A stretch of 64,000 nucleotides of DNA, taken from Dictyostelium discoideum (Eukaryota). Below the pieces are notes generated by a model. That model did not search any database. It had not been told where the DNA came from and was given only the letters and a program-made list of their open reading frames with translations. Below are positions 56,770 through 64,000 of the stretch, one piece after another (position 1 is the stretch's first letter; each line of letters begins with the position of its first letter). The stretch is taken from contig CM000153.2 in assembly GCA_000004695.1 (NCBI GenBank), positions 2,720,001 to 2,784,000 of the forward strand, read 5' to 3'. Position numbers and translations under genes: made by a program.

Positions 56770-58139
56770 CAAGATATAATTTTGAATCTATAAATAAATT
56801 AATTGTTTTAAAATTATTTTATAAATGTAAATTTGAAAAAAAAGAATTAAAAAGAGTTTTTGAAAAATGCCCAATTGATGAATTAAAATTTAAAATTAAA
56901 GATTTAAAAAATTCATGTATTTCAATTATTTATTTAAATTTTAATGAATAAAATAATATTATATTTAAAAATGTAAATGAAATTAATGAATTATATAAAT
57001 CATTATTTTTATTAAAATCAGATAGAAATCAAATAATATTAGATTTTATTTATGATCAATATTCAAATAATAATAAAGATAATGAAAAATTTAATTTCAT
57101 TTTAAAATTATTGAAAATGTATTTTGAAAATTGTAATTCAAATCATGATGAATTCTATTCAATGTTATTAAATAATAGGCATTATTAATATAAAAGTAAT
57201 GAACCTAGAAGAAATCAATTATTTAAGAATTCAATTAAGTTTGGAAATTTTCAATTATTTAAAGTAATGTTTAAATTAATAAATTGTTTATTTGATTTTT
57301 ATGAACCCGTTTCAAATGATGGATTTAAACTAATGTTATTTCAATTTGAAAATAATTTAAATTATAAAATCGAATTTATTAAACAAGTTTGCCAATTGGT
57401 TAAAAATAATTCAAATTATTTAAATTTTATATTTAATCAAGTTTTATTGTATGATGATTTAGAGTTAATAGAATTAGGATATAACCAATTAGATAAGCCA
57501 ATGTTAAAAATTGAATTTATAAATCAAGATAATTATAGAGAAAGTACTAATAGTAATAAAAAAGAATGTGAAGCTGAATTTTATTTTATTAGGTCAGAAG
57601 GAGTGTTGGAATTTATTTTTAAAAATTATTTAAAAAATTGTAATAAAATATTACCAATTACCAATTTCATTTATAATGGCAGATTAGATTTAGTTGAAAA
57701 GTATAAATCATTATTATTATCATCATCATCATCACAAGAAATATCATATATTGAACCATCATTTAAATTAGATCCACCAATTTGTTATTCTCATAGACTT
57801 TATTCAATTACTATTGCAATGGAAGCAATGATTGGTTTTATAAATTCACCATCACTTTCAAATGGTTGTGGTGATAGTGATGATGGCGTAATTTTTAAAA
57901 ATGAACATTTCTTTGGTTTAAATAATTTAAAATTAATTTCTGATTTTATTTATTTAATTAATCATAAATTTACAAATCAAAAAGGACCATTCTATTTTAG
58001 TTTTTATGGTCACCCAAGACTAAAATTTTATATTAAAATTTTAATTGCAAGATGGATATATTTTAATAAACCAAATCATTTTGAAAGATTTGGATTTAAT
58101 ATTTTAGATTTATTAATTAAAAAAAATAAAATTTTATAA
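56770..58139 (+). pseudogene. Paralogue copy A of the downstream 1093-aa gene. The 5' part (56770..57266) is degenerate with in-frame stops. The 3' part is an intact ORF (57267..58139, 290 aa) that may be expressed as a truncated paralogue.
   Basis: FIFNQVLLYDDLELIELGYNQLDKPMLKIEFINQDN...FIRSEGVLEFIFKNYLKNCNKILPITNFIYNGRLDLVEKYKSLLL matches residues about 880-1000 of ORF 58336..61617. The upstream QIILDFIYDQYSNNNKDNEKFNFILKLLKMYFENC matches its KIFDFVYYQYNSDNKNKLKSILKLLGLFYGHSF region but is interrupted by TAA/TAG codons. Confidence 0.4.
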
Positions 58140-58335
58140 ATAAAATAAATAAAATAAAATAGAATAAATAAAAAAAAAAATAAAAAAAAATTAGGAAAAA
58201 AAAATCTATTTTAGCTCAAATACTTAGAAAAACATTTTATTTTTTTAATTTATATTTTTTTTTTTTTTTTTTTTTTTTAATTTTAGGTATTTAATTTTTT
58301 TTTTTTTTTTTTTTGTTTCTTTATTTCTGTTAAAA

Positions 58336-58690
58336 ATGGGTATTTCTAAGAGAGAAAAAGAATTATTAAATGTTACAGAAAAATTAAAAAAAGAAAATCA
58401 AGAATTAAAATCAAAACTTTCAACAAGAGAAAAATTAAATAAAAAAAACAATAATAATAAAGAGATTATCATAGAAGAAGAGGTTGAAAATGAAAATGAA
58501 AACGAAAATGGTAGTCAAAATATGGATTGTGGTTTAGAAAAAGAAAAAGATATAGATACAATAATGAAAGAATTAGAAACTAAAAAATATAAAACAATAG
58601 CAAAAATCGCAAAAACAAAGTATGGTGTTCAACAATTGGGTGGTAAAAAATTAGATATTTTAGAAAGAATTAGAGAATCTATTAAATTGA

Positions 58691-58743
<53 letters not shown>

Positions 58744-59650
58744 GAGAAGAATCAACAACAACAACAACAACAACAAAAACAACAACTAATACCAATGAGT
58801 GGTGGTGAAAGATTATTTTGGAAAATTTTTAGAAATAAATATTTAAATAGACAAATTATAAATAAATTATGTACAGGAAAACATTCATTAAGATATGATG
58901 AAGTTTTTAATGTTAGTCGCATGATTGAATGTAATGAAATTGAATTGTTAAAAGACAAAGTTTATAGAAATCAATATTTAACAGGTTTTGAAAAATCATT
59001 ATCAGATTTATTTTCAGCAATTAAAGATGATAAAAAATTCTATATAAGCTTTTTTAAATTTTATCCAAAGATATCATTATTCAGTATTGATTATACTGTT
59101 GGAAATATTTTAAAATCTGATTGTATTGGTGCATTAAAATCATTAGTTGAAGAAAATAATTATAAACCAACTACCGATAATTTTATTCAATCAATTAAAG
59201 ATGGTAGTTATAAAACATTTAAATATATGATGAATCTTTTTGAAAATTCAAATAATAATGAAAATAATAATAATAATAATAAAAATAATAGTAATAATAA
59301 CAATAAAAATAGTATAGAGAAATTTAAATTACCATTCACAGAAAATGAATTTTGGAAATCAATATTTGGATACTGTTTTATAAAACGTGCTAAATTCATT
59401 AACTTTATGATTAACAGATACCATATAAAACCAGCAGCTGTGACACCACTTAGATTTAAAAAAATTTCAAAGTTTTGTCCAATCCAAGAATCATTACTTA
59501 TTAAAGATTTAATAAATATATGTGAATCTATGATTCATTTAAAAGTAAAACCAAAAGGTTTTTATCAAAATATTATTTTTAAAAAATTAAAAAAGAAAGG
59601 TGATAGTAAAAGTAAAAGTAAAAATGATAGTAGTAGTGATAGTGATAGCG

Positions 59651-59699
<49 letters not shown>

Positions 59700-59710
59700 A
59701 AGCGAAAGCG

Positions 59711-59771
<61 letters not shown>

Positions 59772-61617
59772 AAATGAAAAAGAAAAAAAAGAAAAAAAAG
59801 AAAAAAAAGATAATGATAGTAGCAGTGGTAATAGTGATAGTGAAAGTGATAGTAGTGAAAGCGAAAGAGAAAAAGAATTTAAAGAAACAATTGAATCAAT
59901 AACTAAAATTGAAAGAAATCAAAAGATATTTGATTTTGTTTATTATCAATATAATAGTGATAATAAAAATAAATTAAAATCAATTTTAAAATTATTAGGA
60001 TTGTTTTATGGCCATAGTTTTTTTGAAGGAAATGAATTTTATTCATTGTTAGCAGGTGAAAAAGTAAATATATCACGTAAAACAAAACATTCAGATTTAT
60101 TATTGCATTCATTTAGATTTGGTGATATAGAATTGTTTAAAGAAGTTTCAAGATCAACTATTTGTTCAACTATTCGAAATGTAATTTTTGAAGATAAATC
60201 ATTTGTTGGAAATATACCAATTCTCTTTCAATTTCAAAATAAAAAAGAAAATCAAATTCAATTCATTAAAGACATTTGCAAATATCTTAATATTGTAACA
60301 CTCCAAAAGATATATGGAGATAATCATATTTACATTTTCTTTGGGCAAGTTTTATTATATGATGATTTAGAATTGATAGAATTAGCATATAATCAATTAA
60401 ATAAACCAATGTTAAAAATTGAACATATGAATGAAATAGGAATCACTGAAATTTCAACCAATTTTGGTGGTAATCCAAGTTTTCATACTGAATTTCATTT
60501 TATTAGATCAGAAAAAGTATTGGAATTTGTTTTTAATAATTGTTTAAAAAATAATAGTAAAGTATTGCCAATTACAGCATTTATTTATAATTGTAGATTG
60601 GATTTAGTTGAAAAGTATAAATCATTATTATTATCAGTACCAGCAGCACCACCATCGCCATTGCTTAAAAGAGATATAGTTTTCAAAGTACCACTTCCAC
60701 CAATATTAAATACTTGCCAATTCAATTCAATGGGTTTAGTATTGAAAACATTTATAGATTTCCTTCAATCACCTCTATCAAAAGGTTGTGGTGATAGTAA
60801 AGGTGTTGTTTACAAAAGTTCTCATATAGTTAGCTATAAAGGCGTCAATTCAGTATTGGATTTTACCTATCTTTACTCTATAACTCTAGATAGAAATTCT
60901 GGCAATGGTATACCCTTTCTACCAGGCAGAGGCAGTCTAAATTATTATTTTGTAGTTGCAGTTCAAAGATGGTTATTCTACAACAGAAATGTTTTACCAA
61001 ATAGTTATAATTTCACACTATTCTCTGAAAAATATTGTTATTTTGGTATTGGTTATTCTCATGCTTCAAAAAAACCAAAAGAAATTTTCAATACTATTGA
61101 AGATACTGAATGTAAAGGTTTCATTAATGATTTTATTAAATTAGGTTTACCAAATTTTCATTCGGCTACAACTGAAACAACAACACCAACAACACCAACA
61201 ACAACACCAACAACAACAACACCAACAAAAAAAACAACCATAACTGGTAACAATCCAGATGTAATTTTAAATAATGGCGATAAAATTTGTTTTGCAAATT
61301 ATCTTAGAGGTTTATTGGAAAAAGAAGCAACAAAGGGTCATATTAGATTATTTAAAGCTTTGGTTGATAATGGTTATAAATCAATATTTTCAAAAAGATC
61401 AAATGATTCAAAAAGTATTTTCGATCAAATTCAATTACACGAAATACTCTATCGTGCTTTAAGAAATAACCATTTACAATTATCTCTTTATCTTTTAGAG
61501 GATTGTAATATTTCAATCACTAATACCCAATTTTATTCAAATGTTTCTAAAAGATTTGAATATTCTGCAACTTTTTATGCTTTAAAAGATTTATTTAAAA
61601 ATAATGAAATAATTTAA
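58336..61617 (+). CDS. Lineage-specific hypothetical protein (1093 aa) with an N-terminal coiled coil, poly-T/poly-Q tracts and a ~35x Ser-Glu dipeptide repeat; founder of a local 3-copy tandem family
   Basis: Uninterrupted ORF from the ATG. The (AGTGAA)n hexanucleotide repeat at 59640..59790 encodes (SE)n. The C-terminal 600 aa are conserved in the flanking copies A and C. No known domain recognised. Confidence 0.55.
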
Positions 61618-61925
61618 ATTTTAAAAAATAAATAATAAAATAAATAATAAAATAAATAATAAAATAAATAAATAAAATACTATAAATAAGATTTAAAAAG
61701 TGATCAATTTTTTTTTTTTTATTTAAATTACAATTTTTTTAAATGTTAACATTATTTCTATTCTTAATGAATTGAACCTTGTTTACTCTATTCGTCTCAA
61801 ATTGAAATAATAATGGTATCACCAACTTTTGATTACTCTTCAAATTCTCTAAATAAAAACAACTTACAATTATAATCTAAGGCAGGTAGCAGCTCCCAAA
61901 TCTAAAGATTCATTTATAGATCAAA

Positions 61926-62460
61926 GTGAATTCTTTTATATTAAATCGATCAAAGTATTGGAGTTTATTTACTACAATTTCAAGATGGTCATTCTTTAAT
62001 AAACAACTTGACCAATTTCCAGATAATTATCATTGCCTTGGATTACTACCAACAAGAACATTAAAATTTCTAAATTTAAATTTAAATTTCAACACTATAA
62101 ATGGTTATGATGATTTCATTAATGATGTAATTAAAATTAAAATCAAAATAGACGAAAACAAAAATATAACCATTCAAAATACAAATACCGAGTTCATTAA
62201 ATGGTTTCATAATATTTTATTAGCTAAAATATATTTAGGAGATATTAGAATATTTAAATCAATTGTCGATAATGGATATAAATAATTATTCTCAAATGTA
62301 TCCACAAATAATTACCATCCGAATGGTATTTTCAATCAATTTCAAGTTCGTGAAATTTTACCGGATGCCTTAATGTATGACCACTTAGAGCTATCTTCAT
62401 ACCTTTTAAATTTTTTTGAAATATCAATTCCAACAGTGGGGTTGTCTTTGATTTTTTATT
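61926..62460 (+). pseudogene. Paralogue copy C: a decayed fragment corresponding to the C-terminal ~170 aa of the 58336..61617 gene
   Basis: ...[77 protein letters not shown] parallels ...ANYLRGLLEKEATKGHIRLFKALVDNGYKSIFSKRSNDSKSIFDQIQLHEILYRALRNNHLQLSLYLLEDCNISITNT but is broken by a stop codon. The N-terminal 2/3 of the gene is absent. Confidence 0.5.
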
Positions 62461-62464
62461 TTGG

Positions 62465-62499
<35 letters not shown>

Positions 62500-62522
62500 A
62501 ACAAAATTAAAAAGTGAAAATG

Positions 62523-62557
<35 letters not shown>

Positions 62558-62621
62558 ATTTTTATGAAATACTAAATTGTAAAATAACAACAAAAAGGTA
62601 ATATATATACACCTAATAATA

Positions 62622-63781
<1,160 letters not shown>

Positions 63782-64000
63782 AATAAATAAAATAAAAATA
63801 AATAAAAATAAAAATAAATAAATAATATTACAAAATAAAATAAAATATACATATTAAAATTGTAATTTATTTTAAATTTTGATAAAAATGAAACAACTAT
63901 TAAATTTTAATAGAGAAAATAATACAAAGTTTTTTTTTTTATTTTATCAAAAATATATATTTATATATATAAAGAAAAGATAATCGAAAATATATGATGA

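Overview
This window is AT-rich (about 20-25% GC) eukaryotic nuclear DNA with the hallmarks of a Dictyostelium-type social amoeba genome. Those hallmarks are long homopolymer A/T runs, (ATT)n/(AAT)n microsatellites including many inside introns, poly-Asn/Gln coding tracts, short AT-rich introns with GTAAGT/GTATGT donors, and DUSE (Dictyostelium upstream sequence element, [AT]CCCA[CT]AA) motifs upstream of non-coding RNA (ncRNA) genes. I could support about 22 protein-coding genes. The better-supported calls are eIF5A, FEN1, ECHS1, a Rab1-like GTPase, a bifunctional trehalose-6-phosphate synthase/phosphatase, a TPLATE-like TSET subunit, a VPS9-domain protein, a Vps54/syndetin-like protein, a BTG/Tob protein, an AT-hook protein and a TBC1D7-like catalytically dead TBC protein. 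I also call an exocyst-like subunit, an LCMT-family methyltransferase, a Sel1-repeat protein and a secreted Cna-B-repeat protein, with lower confidence. There is a 3-copy tandem family (one intact gene with an SE-dipeptide repeat and two decaying copies). The non-coding content is the most interesting part. There is an SRP (7SL) RNA gene with a canonical DUSE, TATA box and T-run. A second DUSE-driven minus-strand island carries an exact RNase P/MRP CR-I motif (GGGAAGGUCUGAG) and is a likely RNase P or MRP RNA gene. Several further DUSE-like small-RNA candidates, a MITE-like nested-palindrome element and a triplicated segment downstream of the SRP RNA complete the list. No tRNA, rRNA or CRISPR were seen. 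All coordinates derived by hand may be off by 1-2 nt.
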